Under the pieces are notes generated by a model that saw only the letters and a list, made by a program, of their open reading frames with translations, had not been told where the DNA came from and searched no databases. Positions 8,450-19,818 of a DNA stretch of 64,000 nucleotides are shown here, one piece after another. Position numbers and translations under genes: made by a program. Position 1 is the stretch's first letter. Every line of letters starts with the position of its first letter. Location of the stretch: IMG/VR virus record IMGVR_UViG_3300021399_000099, positions 96,001 to 160,000 of that record, one strand, 5' to 3'. Source of the DNA: a virus. Lineage: Duplodnaviria; Caudoviricetes.

Positions 8450-10699
8450 ATGGCTGAAATAGTACCTAACAAAGTGCCTTGCAGTAAGAAATCTACTCCG
8501 ACTCCGACACCGGAACCTACGCCTGTTGCCCTATGCGACTTGACTGGCATTAAATATTTTAAACTGCATAGCGACATTTCCGGCGACTACACAAAGAACT
8601 GTGGCCTGCTTGGTAATGAAATCGACGAAAACTTCTATTTCCTCCGCAGTATGGATATCAAATCTGCCTACACAATTGACGAGTCAGGCAGAAAAATACT
8701 TGTGCTTGAAAGAGTCAATTGTAACAGGGACATCAAGGTTGATATTACCGATGATGATGCTTATCAGTTCAGGCTTGAAGACGGCTACATGTACATTCTT
8801 TTCCCTGATGGGCATGAGCAGAAACTTGGAAGATTCCTTGTGGAGGGCGATAACGTACATATTGTTACCGAAGCTTCATTGCAGGGTGACGGTTCGTACG
8901 GAAAGCCCATCGGCATCGACCTTGCATACCGCACCGGAACATATATGCCGGCTGATTTCTACGCTGACCTCACTTGCACGGCTGCTACACTTGATTCCCT
9001 CCCTCCTATCGGTCACGGTCACGCTGTCGTCACAAAGGAGAACGTGAGTCGTTTCGGGGCTCTTTATACTTGGGACCAGGCGGACAAACTTGACAAGGCT
9101 CTTGATAAGGAAGGACACGGCTGGAGGCTCCCTAGCAAGGAAGACTGGGCTGTACTACTTAACTGGGCTGAGGAAAAGGACGAAAACAGAAACCACGACA
9201 CCAATAAGTCCGGTAACTTCGGTTGTATCGCCGGTAACCGCTTGAAATCAACAGAATACTGGATGGTTGAAAGTCCGGCCACTGACCCTGTTGATGATTT
9301 TGGTTTCACAATTTACCCTGTTGGCGTATGCCCTGAGAATTACAATGCAAGAGAACCCAAGGAATACGGCTTCACGGGACTTTACAAGACTACATCATTC
9401 TGGACTTCAAGCTCAGCCGAAACCGGTGAGCACTACGTCCGCACCTTCTCATATGCCCACGACGATGTTGCTCAATTTACCGAAAGCAAGAAAAAGAGAC
9501 TAAGCATTCGTCTTGTAAGGGACGTTGATGCTGACTTCGACATTGACGGCTACGCTGACATTCTTGGTAACCATGTGCCTGTCGTTATCACTTCTGACGG
9601 AAAACAGTTATGGACCAGCATAAACGTAAGCATTAAAAATTATGATGGTTACAACCAGAACGAAGTTACAATACCGGAAGAATGGAATGACATTGAAACC
9701 GATATCAACACTGTCGGTTACTTCACAACTGGGGTAACAACCGGAGGTGTATTATATTATGATTTTGAACACGTCTATGATATATATGACCTTCCATCGT
9801 ACATTGACCCGGAAAGTATTGAAGAGTACGATTCGTTTGATGATGTACCTGAACCAACAACCGCATCACCGGAGTATGTAGCTGTAAAATATATCATCCA
9901 TCTCGATATGGTCACCGAAGCAAAGTTCTACTTCAATGCTTGGGACGGAAACGAGTGGCACAAGAAACTAATCCGTGAAGGTGAGTCTGTTGTTTTACTC
10001 CAGGAAGATTTTGAAACCGGTTGTGATACCGCAGCTACTCCTTATGTGACCAGCGCGAATACAAATCATGAATGGAGACTGTTCGTAAATCCTCAGACCG
10101 GACTTGACGAGCTCATTGATACGGCAGATGCTCTCAAGCGTGAATTTGACGAAGAGTTCAAGAAGATTGAAAGAGATATCTCTGGCCTTACTGAAGATGT
10201 AACGACACTAAGTGGTTTCGTTGGTGATATGTACGACGAGATGCAGAGTGGTTTTACCAGTGCATTCACTGCAATTGCGGAACTCCAAGAAGAATTGGAT
10301 GACGAGATTTCTGCCCGTACCATTGCCGATGAAGAACTCTGGGAGGCCATTGAGGCACTTGATGTTGCATTGAGTGCAGAAACAGCTGAAAGGATTGCTG
10401 CTGATGAAGAACTCTGGGATGCCCTTAGTGCAGAAACCGCCGAGAGAATTGCCGCCGACGAATATCTCCAAGAACAGATTGATGAACTTAAGGACAGAAG
10501 TATCGAAGCTTTGGACGATTCAATCATAGTCGAAATTTCTGGAAACACAACTTCAATTGGTGTTCAGATTTCCGAAGCAGAAAAGCAACTTAAACTCAGT
10601 GATGGCACCGAAGTTGAATACTATGATTCAGCCGGTCACCCAATCTACATACCTAAGGGTCTTTACCTTGATATGGATTTCGGGGAGTTCGAAGACTAA
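8450..10699 (+). CDS. Structural protein with FISUMP (Fibrobacter major paralogous, C-type-lectin fold) domain and C-terminal coiled-coil repeats
   Basis: LYTW..A...GWRLPSKEDW...GF.IYPVG...FWTSS...LSIRLVRD; ETAERIAADEEL repeats. Confidence 0.7.
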   Translation: MAEIVPNKVPCSKKSTPTPTPEPTPVALCDLTGIKYFKLHSDISGDYTKNCGLLGNEIDENFYFLRSMDIKSAYTIDESGRKILVLERVNCNRDIKVDITDDDAYQFRLEDGYMYILFPDGHEQKLGRFLVEGDNVHIVTEASLQGDGSYGKPIGIDLAYRTGTYMPADFYADLTCTAATLDSLPPIGHGHAVVTKENVSRFGALYTWDQADKLDKALDKEGHGWRLPSKEDWAVLLNWAEEKDENRNHDTNKSGNFGCIAGNRLKSTEYWMVESPATDPVDDFGFTIYPVGVCPENYNAREPKEYGFTGLYKTTSFWTSSSAETGEHYVRTFSYAHDDVAQFTESKKKRLSIRLVRDVDADFDIDGYADILGNHVPVVITSDGKQLWTSINVSIKNYDGYNQNEVTIPEEWNDIETDINTVGYFTTGVTTGGVLYYDFEHVYDIYDLPSYIDPESIEEYDSFDDVPEPTTASPEYVAVKYIIHLDMVTEAKFYFNAWDGNEWHKKLIREGESVVLLQEDFETGCDTAATPYVTSANTNHEWRLFVNPQTGLDELIDTADALKREFDEEFKKIERDISGLTEDVTTLSGFVGDMYDEMQSGFTSAFTAIAELQEELDDEISARTIADEELWEAIEALDVALSAETAERIAADEELWDALSAETAERIAADEYLQEQIDELKDRSIEALDDSIIVEISGNTTSIGVQISEAEKQLKLSDGTEVEYYDSAGHPIYIPKGLYLDMDFGEFED

Positions 10700-10718
10700 T
10701 TACTAAATAAAATATTTT

Positions 10719-10753
10719 AAAAACACGGGTAACTTCAATTACTCGTGTTTTTT
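10719..10753 (+). terminator. Intrinsic terminator
   Basis: aaaacacgggtaa / ttactcgtgtttt stem plus T-tract. Confidence 0.75.
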
Positions 10754-10765
10754 AGTGTCTTTCTG

Positions 10766-10774
10766 ACTATTTAT
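10766..10774 (+). promoter_or_regulatory. Putative late promoter motif ACTATTTAT
   Basis: Right after terminator, upstream of the tail fibre-like gene. Confidence 0.55.
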
Positions 10775-10792
10775 AACAAAAATACTAGAAAA

Positions 10793-13700
10793 ATGAAAAA
10801 CAGATTACAGTTCAACAGACATTTTGCCTTGTATAACTCAAGAGAAGAGGCAATAACCGCACTTAATAACCGAATTGCTGACCCTAGTTTTATTCCTCTC
10901 ATTGGCGAACCTATCGTTCTTCGCTATAAGGACGAGGATGGTAATATCCAGTTAATCCTCGCTATTGGTAAAAAAGCCGGCACTACACTTAGTGAAAGGG
11001 AATATCACGTTGTGGATACCGCAGAGCTCGACGAAAAGATTGCTGCTGAAGTTGTCGCACGCGAAGAACTTGATGCTGAGACTATTAAGAAGATTTTTTT
11101 CGACGGAATTGAATCTGATTTCGCCGAAAATGTTGCTAGCTTAAGTGTCAGTGCAAATGTTATTCCTGTGGGCGAAGATTATGAAAGCCATGTTATACCG
11201 AGTAACCCAGAAGGAAAACCGCACCCGATTCATGCAAATTACACAGTAACAGACGCCATAAAACAACTCGACATTAATTTCATCGATTTCAAGGGAAAAG
11301 CCGAGGAAAAATTCCAGGAGCTTGATGAAAAGATAGATGCCGAAACGGAGAGAGCTACCGCAGCTGAGGATTCTATAAGCGGACAAACTAGCGCTTTAAG
11401 TGGTGCAGTCATTGCTTTTAGTGCTGAAACCGTCGATGAACTTGCTGAGTTAAGCGGCACTGCGAAGAGCATTCAGGAAGAGCTCGATGCTACCCAAGTA
11501 GGTGCCGGACTTGGAAACGATGGGAAATATACACCGGTAGAAAACTCGAATTATATATCTGAAGCATCTTCATTAAGAGACGCCGACGCAAAACTTGATG
11601 TAGCTGTTGGGTCTTTAAGTGGGGTTGTAGGCTCTTTCAGTGCAAATACTGCCGCTGAAATCGAGGGACTTAAAGCCGATATCGCCGCCGAAACTGAAAG
11701 GGCTACCGCAGCTGAAAACTCAATAAGCGGGAGCGTTGCTGCATTCAGTGCCAAAACTGTTTCTGAAATATCAAGACTTGATGGAAAAATCGATACTGAA
11801 ACCGAAAGGGCAAGTAATATTGAAAATATATTAAGCTCACTCACCCAAGGACTCAGTTCATCTACTATGAGCGAAATAGAAAGAATCGATTCAGTAATTA
11901 CCAGGAACAAAGTTAAATCAACTGGTAACACTGTCGTCGTATCTGAGGCCGCAGAGGGTACAAATCTTGAAGCCAATATCGACAGAAAAACGATTTTAAG
12001 TAACAACGGTGTTTTAAAAACCGGACTTAAAGTTGCACATGTTTCGGACCTCGAAGCTAATGTCAGAGAAGCTTTTAGACTTGTTGATAACGAGGGCAAT
12101 CCTGTAGATAATACAATCATTAAGATTTACAAGAGCAGTTCGCTTGTAAATGTTGAACTTGTTAATGTTAGTGGTACTGATTACGTAAGAATCACATACA
12201 TTGATAATGAGGGTGTAACAAAAACAATGGACCTAAACATTCAGCAACTTATTTTTGAAGCTGAATTTAAGGATGGTTTGACTGTTGATGCGGCTGGTGA
12301 AGTTAAGGTATTGATTGACCCTCTTTCGGAACCTTATTTAAGCGTAAGTTCTAATGGTGTAAAACTTGACGGTATTTCTAATGCAATAACTTCTGCAGTA
12401 GAAAACGAAAAACTTCGTGCTACGTCCGCCGAAAACGCATTAAGAACTGATTTGAACAGTGAAATAGCAAATCGTACAAATGCTGATACAGTACTTAACA
12501 ATGCTATAACAGCCGAAACTGCAAGTAGAATAAGTGCAGATAATGTTCTTGACAGTAAAATTACAACTGAAAGGGAACGTGCAATTGGTGTTGAAAACGA
12601 AATTAAAAATAACTTTAACTCATTTACTGCTTCAACACAGAGTAGTCTTACAAGTCTTAACGAAGCCATTAACACTGAAACTACAAACAGAATAAATGGT
12701 GACACCGCTCTTGATAATAAGATTTCTGTCGAAAGAGAACGTGCAATTTCAGCTGAAACAGCACTTAGAGCTTCAATCCAAGCAGAAGCGTCAGCAAGAG
12801 AAAATGCAGATAATGTTCTTGAAGAAAAAATTGCACATGAAATAACGCGTGCAACAGCTGCTGAAAACAGTCTCAACACCAAGATAGAATCAGAAACAAC
12901 AAGAGCTACCGCTGCTGAAAACAGTCTCAATACCAAGATAGAATCAGAAACAACCCGCGCTACTGAGGCTGAAAATAGTCTTAACACCAAGATAGAAGCC
13001 GAGATTACGCGTGCTACTGGGGCAGAAAATTCGCTTCGTACCTCAATCACGACGGCAATAGATGATTTGACGTTAGCTTACACCCAGGCTGACCAGGCCA
13101 TTGTGGATGCTTATACCGCCGCAATCGCCCAGGAAAGCGAAAGTCGAATTGACACCGATAATATGCTGTTAAATTTAATTAACGGTGCTACGGGAGACAT
13201 AACAAACCTTGAAACGAGGCTCAATAACGAGATTACTCGTGCAACAAATACAGAAAACCTCATAAGTGGAAGCGTCATTAACGTCAATAATAACGTAACA
13301 AACCTTAGCGGGCAGCTTTCTACATTCAGTTCAAGTACTGTCAATGAAATTAATAATATTAACAACAGGATTAATAATCTTGACAGTAAAACAATTAGTG
13401 GGGAAAATGCAATAAAGACAAACGTAAGTGGCTCTGACACAAAGGTTTCTCTTTTGATAAACGGTTCTGACAAGGTTCTTTCACAAGATAACTCCGGTCT
13501 ATACACCCAATTAAGTATCGAACTTAGCAACGATGGAAAGGCCCTTTACCTCAAGGGAAAGAACGGGGCCACCATTTCTACAATAGACACCACATCGTTT
13601 GTTAAGGACGGTATGCTTGATAACGTTGTATTCGACGGTAGTTCAAAAACACTTAAATTTACCTTCAATACAGACTCCGGAAAGCAGCAAATTGATGTCC

Positions 13701-14686
13701 CTCTTGGCTCGCTCGTAGATATCTATACGGTATCTGCCACTTCGACCAGCTATATGGTAATTGACAACTATAAGATTGGCCTTAATGTTGATGTAACCAA
13801 TGGTCTTGCAAGCTATAGTGCTTTAAGAGATGTTGATAATAAACTCAGCTACCTCAGCGGAACTGTTCAGACAATAGACGGAAGGGTTACAGAAAATACC
13901 ACCAAGATAAACAATATTAGCGGCAGTGTGATTAATTTAAGCGCCGTAACCGTTGAACTTAGTGCAATGACATCAAGCATGTCGGGTAAGACCAGCGGCA
14001 TTCTAACATTGAAACTTAACGGAGTTGAACAGGGTAAATATTGTCCTTCCGCTAGTACTTCAATTAATATTGATACTGGTCAGGACGTATCAAGTCTTTC
14101 AGCTGCAGTTGTGACAAACAAGACGAACATTGAACTTTTGTCCGCATCAACGGTAAATATTAAGAATATTGTTGATAACCTTTCCGGTAACGTTGTAAAT
14201 AATATCAACAAGATATCGTCACTTTCATCGGCTACGGTTAATATCGAAAATATCGTAAATAACCTTTCCGGAAGTGTTGTTGAAAATAGGGAGTTAATCA
14301 ACAATATATCAGCAAACACGTATAACAAAAATGAAATAAACCAGTTGATTTCTGGTGCCACACAGACAAAATATACGACTGCTGGTACGTTGGCTAATTT
14401 GACGTTGAACGAATTCCTTACGATTGCGAAGATTGCCGGAGATACAACGTTGAGTATCGCAACTACAGGACTTCCTACCTTGCCGGCAAATGGTGTAGCA
14501 GAAAGGCATGTTATAATTGAAAATACCGGAAGTACCGATGCGGTTGTAACAGTTTCGTCCGACTCAAGAATTAAATTTACATTGGGAAACAAGATTGCAA
14601 TCGACCGTAACGGTGGTATTGGAGAACTTAACGCCCTTATCACTTATGACGGAAGTTCATACACAATCTACGTTATAACAATCTAA
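10793..14686 (+). CDS. Long coiled-coil tail fibre-like protein
   Basis: Many E..RA.AAE..L repeats; start set at MKNRLQF downstream of the late motif at 10766. Confidence 0.7.
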   Translation: MKNRLQFNRHFALYNSREEAITALNNRIADPSFIPLIGEPIVLRYKDEDGNIQLILAIGKKAGTTLSEREYHVVDTAELDEKIAAEVVAREELDAETIKKIFFDGIESDFAENVASLSVSANVIPVGEDYESHVIPSNPEGKPHPIHANYTVTDAIKQLDINFIDFKGKAEEKFQELDEKIDAETERATAAEDSISGQTSALSGAVIAFSAETVDELAELSGTAKSIQEELDATQVGAGLGNDGKYTPVENSNYISEASSLRDADAKLDVAVGSLSGVVGSFSANTAAEIEGLKADIAAETERATAAENSISGSVAAFSAKTVSEISRLDGKIDTETERASNIENILSSLTQGLSSSTMSEIERIDSVITRNKVKSTGNTVVVSEAAEGTNLEANIDRKTILSNNGVLKTGLKVAHVSDLEANVREAFRLVDNEGNPVDNTIIKIYKSSSLVNVELVNVSGTDYVRITYIDNEGVTKTMDLNIQQLIFEAEFKDGLTVDAAGEVKVLIDPLSEPYLSVSSNGVKLDGISNAITSAVENEKLRATSAENALRTDLNSEIANRTNADTVLNNAITAETASRISADNVLDSKITTERERAIGVENEIKNNFNSFTASTQSSLTSLNEAINTETTNRINGDTALDNKISVERERAISAETALRASIQAEASARENADNVLEEKIAHEITRATAAENSLNTKIESETTRATAAENSLNTKIESETTRATEAENSLNTKIEAEITRATGAENSLRTSITTAIDDLTLAYTQADQAIVDAYTAAIAQESESRIDTDNMLLNLINGATGDITNLETRLNNEITRATNTENLISGSVINVNNNVTNLSGQLSTFSSSTVNEINNINNRINNLDSKTISGENAIKTNVSGSDTKVSLLINGSDKVLSQDNSGLYTQLSIELSNDGKALYLKGKNGATISTIDTTSFVKDGMLDNVVFDGSSKTLKFTFNTDSGKQQIDVPLGSLVDIYTVSATSTSYMVIDNYKIGLNVDVTNGLASYSALRDVDNKLSYLSGTVQTIDGRVTENTTKINNISGSVINLSAVTVELSAMTSSMSGKTSGILTLKLNGVEQGKYCPSASTSINIDTGQDVSSLSAAVVTNKTNIELLSASTVNIKNIVDNLSGNVVNNINKISSLSSATVNIENIVNNLSGSVVENRELINNISANTYNKNEINQLISGATQTKYTTAGTLANLTLNEFLTIAKIAGDTTLSIATTGLPTLPANGVAERHVIIENTGSTDAVVTVSSDSRIKFTLGNKIAIDRNGGIGELNALITYDGSSYTIYVITI
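12839..13036 (+). repeat. Tandem 54-bp (18-aa) coding repeats, about 3.7 copies (EITRATAAENSLNTKIES)
   Basis: Near-identical DNA units such as gctgaaaacagtctcaacaccaagatagaatcagaaacaac. Confidence 0.85.
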
Positions 14687-14697
14687 AAAAACTAAAA

Positions 14698-17600
14698 ATG
14701 AGTAGAAGAAGATTTTTCAAATCCTTTTTTTACATAAACTATGGCGGAACAGCACATGGTGAGACAGTTATCGTCTCACCATTTGTTGCTGGAGGCGCGT
14801 CTGATACAATAGAACTCGTCTCGTGGAAACCATGGGTCATAACAAATGGCTTATCGTGGCTTACCGTCAGTAGTTTAAGTAACAAAAGTGGAACATATAC
14901 AATTACGCTGACGGCATCACAAAATACAGAGCATAGCCAGCGTACCGGTTCTTTCACCGCAAAGACGCTTGACGATAAATACTCAATCGTCATATCCGTA
15001 TCGCAGGAAGCAGCTCCGAGTGAGAAGTACCTCCGTATTGAACCTACATCCGTCAATATGGCGGCTGTTGGAACATATAATGCTTTAAAGTGCTATTTCT
15101 CTTATAATGGCAGTGAAACAGAAGTTACACCTACGTGGTCTTCGAACAATACCGCTGTAACAATATCAACATATGGAGTATTGGCTAGTAACAACACCAC
15201 AACAAACCCGCTGACTGTCACTATAACAGCTACTTATGTTGATGGTGGTGACACTCTCACTGCAACATCGATTGTAAATGTTGCTGCTGCCGGTGCTTAT
15301 TTCTATATCGGTAGTAGTGTGGCAAATGCTCTTTCAACTTCTGCAACAACATATGCATATCCTACAACTGTTGCGTCTGCTGATACTGCAAGTAAAACTG
15401 TTTATTTTGCCACTAATTATAGTGCTTCAGAAGTAGAGGCATTAGCTGTTAATTATCCTTCAAGTATAAGTAATGTCAGTGTTAATACTTCAAACAGTTC
15501 TATTACTTTTAACTTTATCGCGAGACCGATAGTTACAGGCGATACTGCAACAACAAGAAACGCAACCATTACTGTCGGTACGGCAACAATTACGGCAACA
15601 CAAGCAGCACCAGCATACTTTAAATGGAATAGTCCAAGTGTAACAGTTGGTTCTGCTGCTGGTTCTGTGGGCTCAAATACCTATTCTTCAAATATTGCTT
15701 ATAGTGACATAACGCCAAGTAAAAGTTCAACAGGAACATTTATTACTACTGGTCCGACAATGAACAATACGGGTGTTACCTTCTCGGTTGCCGCTAATAC
15801 AACAACAGAAGATAAAACATGTACCATCACCGCAAGTCTTGGTTCAACAACACTTGATACATTCACAGTTACACAAAACGGTGCAGACGCTTATTTCTGG
15901 ACAGGTTCAATGAATGTTACTGCTGCGACAACATCTGTTGATTCAACCGGACAAACAGGCTGCGAAGTACAATGTTATTCAAATAGGTCTTCTTCTTACC
16001 TTAACGCTATAACAGTTTCAGGAGATTCAAGTTCTTGGATTACTAATATCTCTTGGAATCCTTCAACTCAAAAAGTTACTTTCAATGTAAGTAGCTATGG
16101 CGGGACCGATTCAAGAAGTGGTGTTATTGGTATATATAATAGTACTGGAACTATGATTGGTAGTATTAATGTCAATCAAGGTGCTGCTGCTCCATATTTT
16201 AGATTTGTACCAAATAGTTCTACTGCATATACTTATAATACAGATACAAGTGCCGCAACAGCATTTACTGTTGCAATTGATACCAACTATAATTTAAGTG
16301 ATATCAAAACGACACGAGCCGGCAGTGGTATAAATACTCATACTTATTCATCAACAACTGAAGTAGGTGTAACTACATCTAGTAACCCTTATGACTACCC
16401 AAGAACTGGTTATATATATTTCTATACAGGTGCAACTTATAATACTGGTAGAATAGGCGTGCTAACTGTTACACAAGATGCAGGACCATATGCTAGAATA
16501 ACAGGTGGTGGTAATTATTCTACAGGTGCTACTGCTGGTACTGTATATTTTGAAACTAATTTTGATAGTTTTTCACTTAGTTATCTTAGATTAGAAGTAA
16601 GTGGTGATACTTGGTTGTCACTTGATAGTTATTCAACACCGTTAGTTGATAGTACAAATTATACGTATAGACTTTCAAGTAACACTGGTACATCACAAAG
16701 AACTGGATATATTTTACTTAAAGATACTTATAGTAACCAAACAATTGATTTTGCAACAATAAATCAAGAAGGACAAGGGTTACCAACCTATTACCTTTAC
16801 TTTACTAATTATAGTTCAGTTACCGCTAGAACAGTAACTGTTAATTCGACAGATACTAGTTATAGTGAAGCAATTACTTATAATTATCCTAGTTTATCAA
16901 CAGAAAAAACAGGCAATATTTCATCAGTTTCATATAGCTATAATTCAATGACAGCAAACTTTGATGCTAATACTTCAAGAGACGAAAGAACTGTTGGTAC
17001 TGCAACTGTTACTGGAACAGGTGGTGCTGGTGCTCCTATTACACTTACGCTTGAAATTAAACAATATGGTGTTCCAGCATATCTTACTTGGGATGATGGT
17101 ACTACTTCAGCCAGTGTAAATGCAAGCAGTACTGGTGGTAGTAACACAAAAACTGTTCGTACTAACTGGACAACCGCAGAACTTAATGCTTTAACTGTAA
17201 GTAGTAGTGTTGATTGGCTAACAGGCGGTAGTATTACCACAGCTTCTGCAAGTTACTCTGTTGGCGGTAATCCTGCCGGCGGCTCTTCACGTAATGGAAC
17301 TATTACCTGGAAAAATGGTTCTACTACTGTTCTTACGCTTACAGTAAATCAAGAAGCCGGTGAAAGTTATTATTTCAATTGGAGTGGTGGAACATCTGCT
17401 GCTTCAACAACAAATATATCTTCTGCAGCAACGAGTGCTGGAAATAAGTACAGTACTAATTATCCAAGTATTACATTTGAACATAGTGGTATGACAACAG
17501 GTGTAACAACAGGCGCTAGTTCTTCTGTAACAGCCAATTTTACAACCAATCCAGCCGGCTCTTCATCAAGAAGTGGATGGATAATTGCCTTCTATGGTTC

Positions 17601-18603
17601 AACAGTTGTTGGCGTTTGGTCATTAACTCAAAATGCAGGGGCTAGTTATGAGTTTTATTGGGAAAATAGCAGTAGCACTATATCAGTTAATGTTACTTCA
17701 AGTGCTACAAATACAACTGTAATAAAATATCATTCAACATATCCAAACACAACATTTGACTATGGTGGAATGGTAACAGGTGTGACTGATAATGGTAATA
17801 ATGGTGTTGTCGCAAGATTTACAGCCAATTCAACCACATCAGAAAGAACTGGCTATGTTTATGCTAAATCTAATGGTACAACTATTGGTACTATGACAAT
17901 TACTCAAGCTGGAATGTCATATTACTTTACTTGGGAGAGAGGTGATAGTACTAGTGTTGCATATAATAGTATAGCAGCGACTAACACTTATTCTACAAAT
18001 TATTCATCAATTACATTTACAACATCGGGAATTGTGACCAGTGTATCAACAGGTTCAAGTTCTTCTGTAACAGCTAATTATAGTAATAATACCACAAAAT
18101 TCGAAAGAACTGGTTGGGTAATTGCTAAATATGGCTCAACAACAGTTGGAACTTGGACAATTACACAACAGGCACAGCCATCTAGAACCATATTCATCTA
18201 TGGCATACAGCCCTTTAATTGTAACTATAATTCTGGCCCGACAATAAGCGAAAGAACGGCGATTGCGTTAGAATTTAATGGCGGTGCTGCTGGAACCGGT
18301 CAATTAGTTTGGATATCGGATAATGTTGGTTCTCCGGGGGGGTCAAAACAATTTACACCGGCGGGAAGCACCCAATATATTACTCTTGAAGACGTCACGT
18401 TTGAATCTTTTACCATCACAGTATCTTGTGTGGCTGTATATACTGATAGAATATACGGAGGACAAGGAAGTATAAATACTAGTAGTGGTACTTATACTAT
18501 TACAGTACGTTCAGGCACCGATGACGAGAGTATTTATTTTGACGCTGACCATTTTAGAGATTTCCCAAATCCTACTGTAAATTTTACTTTACCGAATAAT
18601 TAA
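14698..18603 (+). CDS. Multi-BACON (Ig-like) domain adhesin / tail-associated protein
   Basis: Repeated W.T....N.....R.G.I......TV.Q modules; S/T-rich; N-terminal MSRRR. Confidence 0.75.
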   Translation: MSRRRFFKSFFYINYGGTAHGETVIVSPFVAGGASDTIELVSWKPWVITNGLSWLTVSSLSNKSGTYTITLTASQNTEHSQRTGSFTAKTLDDKYSIVISVSQEAAPSEKYLRIEPTSVNMAAVGTYNALKCYFSYNGSETEVTPTWSSNNTAVTISTYGVLASNNTTTNPLTVTITATYVDGGDTLTATSIVNVAAAGAYFYIGSSVANALSTSATTYAYPTTVASADTASKTVYFATNYSASEVEALAVNYPSSISNVSVNTSNSSITFNFIARPIVTGDTATTRNATITVGTATITATQAAPAYFKWNSPSVTVGSAAGSVGSNTYSSNIAYSDITPSKSSTGTFITTGPTMNNTGVTFSVAANTTTEDKTCTITASLGSTTLDTFTVTQNGADAYFWTGSMNVTAATTSVDSTGQTGCEVQCYSNRSSSYLNAITVSGDSSSWITNISWNPSTQKVTFNVSSYGGTDSRSGVIGIYNSTGTMIGSINVNQGAAAPYFRFVPNSSTAYTYNTDTSAATAFTVAIDTNYNLSDIKTTRAGSGINTHTYSSTTEVGVTTSSNPYDYPRTGYIYFYTGATYNTGRIGVLTVTQDAGPYARITGGGNYSTGATAGTVYFETNFDSFSLSYLRLEVSGDTWLSLDSYSTPLVDSTNYTYRLSSNTGTSQRTGYILLKDTYSNQTIDFATINQEGQGLPTYYLYFTNYSSVTARTVTVNSTDTSYSEAITYNYPSLSTEKTGNISSVSYSYNSMTANFDANTSRDERTVGTATVTGTGGAGAPITLTLEIKQYGVPAYLTWDDGTTSASVNASSTGGSNTKTVRTNWTTAELNALTVSSSVDWLTGGSITTASASYSVGGNPAGGSSRNGTITWKNGSTTVLTLTVNQEAGESYYFNWSGGTSAASTTNISSAATSAGNKYSTNYPSITFEHSGMTTGVTTGASSSVTANFTTNPAGSSSRSGWIIAFYGSTVVGVWSLTQNAGASYEFYWENSSSTISVNVTSSATNTTVIKYHSTYPNTTFDYGGMVTGVTDNGNNGVVARFTANSTTSERTGYVYAKSNGTTIGTMTITQAGMSYYFTWERGDSTSVAYNSIAATNTYSTNYSSITFTTSGIVTSVSTGSSSSVTANYSNNTTKFERTGWVIAKYGSTTVGTWTITQQAQPSRTIFIYGIQPFNCNYNSGPTISERTAIALEFNGGAAGTGQLVWISDNVGSPGGSKQFTPAGSTQYITLEDVTFESFTITVSCVAVYTDRIYGGQGSINTSSGTYTITVRSGTDDESIYFDADHFRDFPNPTVNFTLPNN

Positions 18604-18605
18604 AT

Positions 18606-18639
18606 AAAGGAGGGACTTAAAAATCCCTCCTTTTTTTTT
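18606..18639. terminator. Bidirectional intrinsic terminator
   Basis: aaaggaggga / tccctccttt between convergent genes. Confidence 0.85.
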
Positions 18640-19393
18640 ATTTAATGCACTCATATATCGTAAGCAACGTGTCGTCCGGCAGTGGTTCGATGAAAATCGG
18701 GTAGAAGTTCCTTACCCAAACAAACTGGTCCATTTCATCTTCCAGCTCAGCCCAACCGTTTTTACTTACAAAAGCATAACCCCAGAAAGCTGTATTGCCA
18801 AGCACATAATTTTCCTTCGTTCCGAACTTCTCGAAGTAAGCTGTGCGTGCCTTCATGTTATCGTAAATCTGTTTCTCATAGTCATTCTGCGGTTCTGAGC
18901 CTTCCATGACCATTTCCCAGGCCCGTTCATAAATCTCTCCACCGTGTAAGTGCATCAGCTCCCAATTTATGTCTCCCTTTCTTGCTTGGAATGTTTCGGT
19001 CCCATCTTTGAGTATAAAGGGGACCGAGAATAGTTTCCCAAGCCGGTAGGAAGACCAAGCACCATCAGGATTTTCTTTCGTTAATGCATCTCCTGTCTCC
19101 GGGTCGTGGTCATAATCCATCGTAAGGTCAAGGTAAAAATCTTCGGCCGTCTGATTCTCAATGACCGCGAGCTTGTCCTTGGCATCCTCCTTGAATGGTC
19201 CATCAGGTATTTTGTTGCTGGAAACGATTGACCTATAAACATTTATGTACTGGTCTCTTAGTTTCCCCGCATCCTCATACTTATAAACCACCCTGGGCTC
19301 AGTTTCTATGTTCTTGTCATATGGCGACATAATGACTTCCGGGTTATCCCCAGCCACAATCGCCACGAAGTGATTATATTGGTCTATGGCCAT
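18638..19393 (-). CDS. hypothetical protein
   Basis: 251-aa ORF ending at a bidirectional terminator. Confidence 0.75.
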   Translation of the reverse strand: MAIDQYNHFVAIVAGDNPEVIMSPYDKNIETEPRVVYKYEDAGKLRDQYINVYRSIVSSNKIPDGPFKEDAKDKLAVIENQTAEDFYLDLTMDYDHDPETGDALTKENPDGAWSSYRLGKLFSVPFILKDGTETFQARKGDINWELMHLHGGEIYERAWEMVMEGSEPQNDYEKQIYDNMKARTAYFEKFGTKENYVLGNTAFWGYAFVSKNGWAELEDEMDQFVWVRNFYPIFIEPLPDDTLLTIYECIK

Positions 19394-19613
19394 TGTTATA
19401 TTCGTAAAAATCCATTATTCTTTGGAACGCCAGCTGGTTTGCCTTTTTCTGACCAAGAGCTTTCCTATTCACCTCCGAGATTATGAGGTACATTTCCTTG
19501 TAGGTCATCTTCTTTATGGGTCTGAATGTAATGAGGCAGAACAAGAAATACATAAAGTTGTTTTTCGGCAACTTTTTAAGGCGTTCGTTTGTCCATTCTA
19601 AATTGGCTTCCAT
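19374..19613 (-). CDS. hypothetical protein
   Basis: ORF tiles operon. Confidence 0.6.
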   Translation of the reverse strand: MEANLEWTNERLKKLPKNNFMYFLFCLITFRPIKKMTYKEMYLIISEVNRKALGQKKANQLAFQRIMDFYEYNNGHRPI

Positions 19614-19614
19614 A

Positions 19615-19818
19615 CTACAATACTATAACACCGGCCCAAGCGATAGACATTACAAGTCCAATGATGAGCCTGAACTTTGCCTTGCTGTTATCTTCTATCT
19701 GGTCATCGTTTGACGGAAACCTGAAAGCATTAAAAGATATGCTGGTCAAAATACTGCTAACATATAAAGTCGTCGCATAAATCGCAATGACCGCACATAT
19801 GAACTTTAAAAAGAGCAT
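19615..19818 (-). CDS. Small two-TM membrane protein
   Basis: Two hydrophobic segments. Confidence 0.6.
   Translation of the reverse strand: MLFLKFICAVIAIYATTLYVSSILTSISFNAFRFPSNDDQIEDNSKAKFRLIIGLVMSIAWAGVIVL

Noticed and set aside
11141-14643. Long antisense ORFs opposite the tail fibre-like gene (and similar ones opposite nadE, pncA, ompA and the NAMPT-like gene)
   Set aside because: Shadow frames of repetitive or codon-biased genes; no protein motifs.
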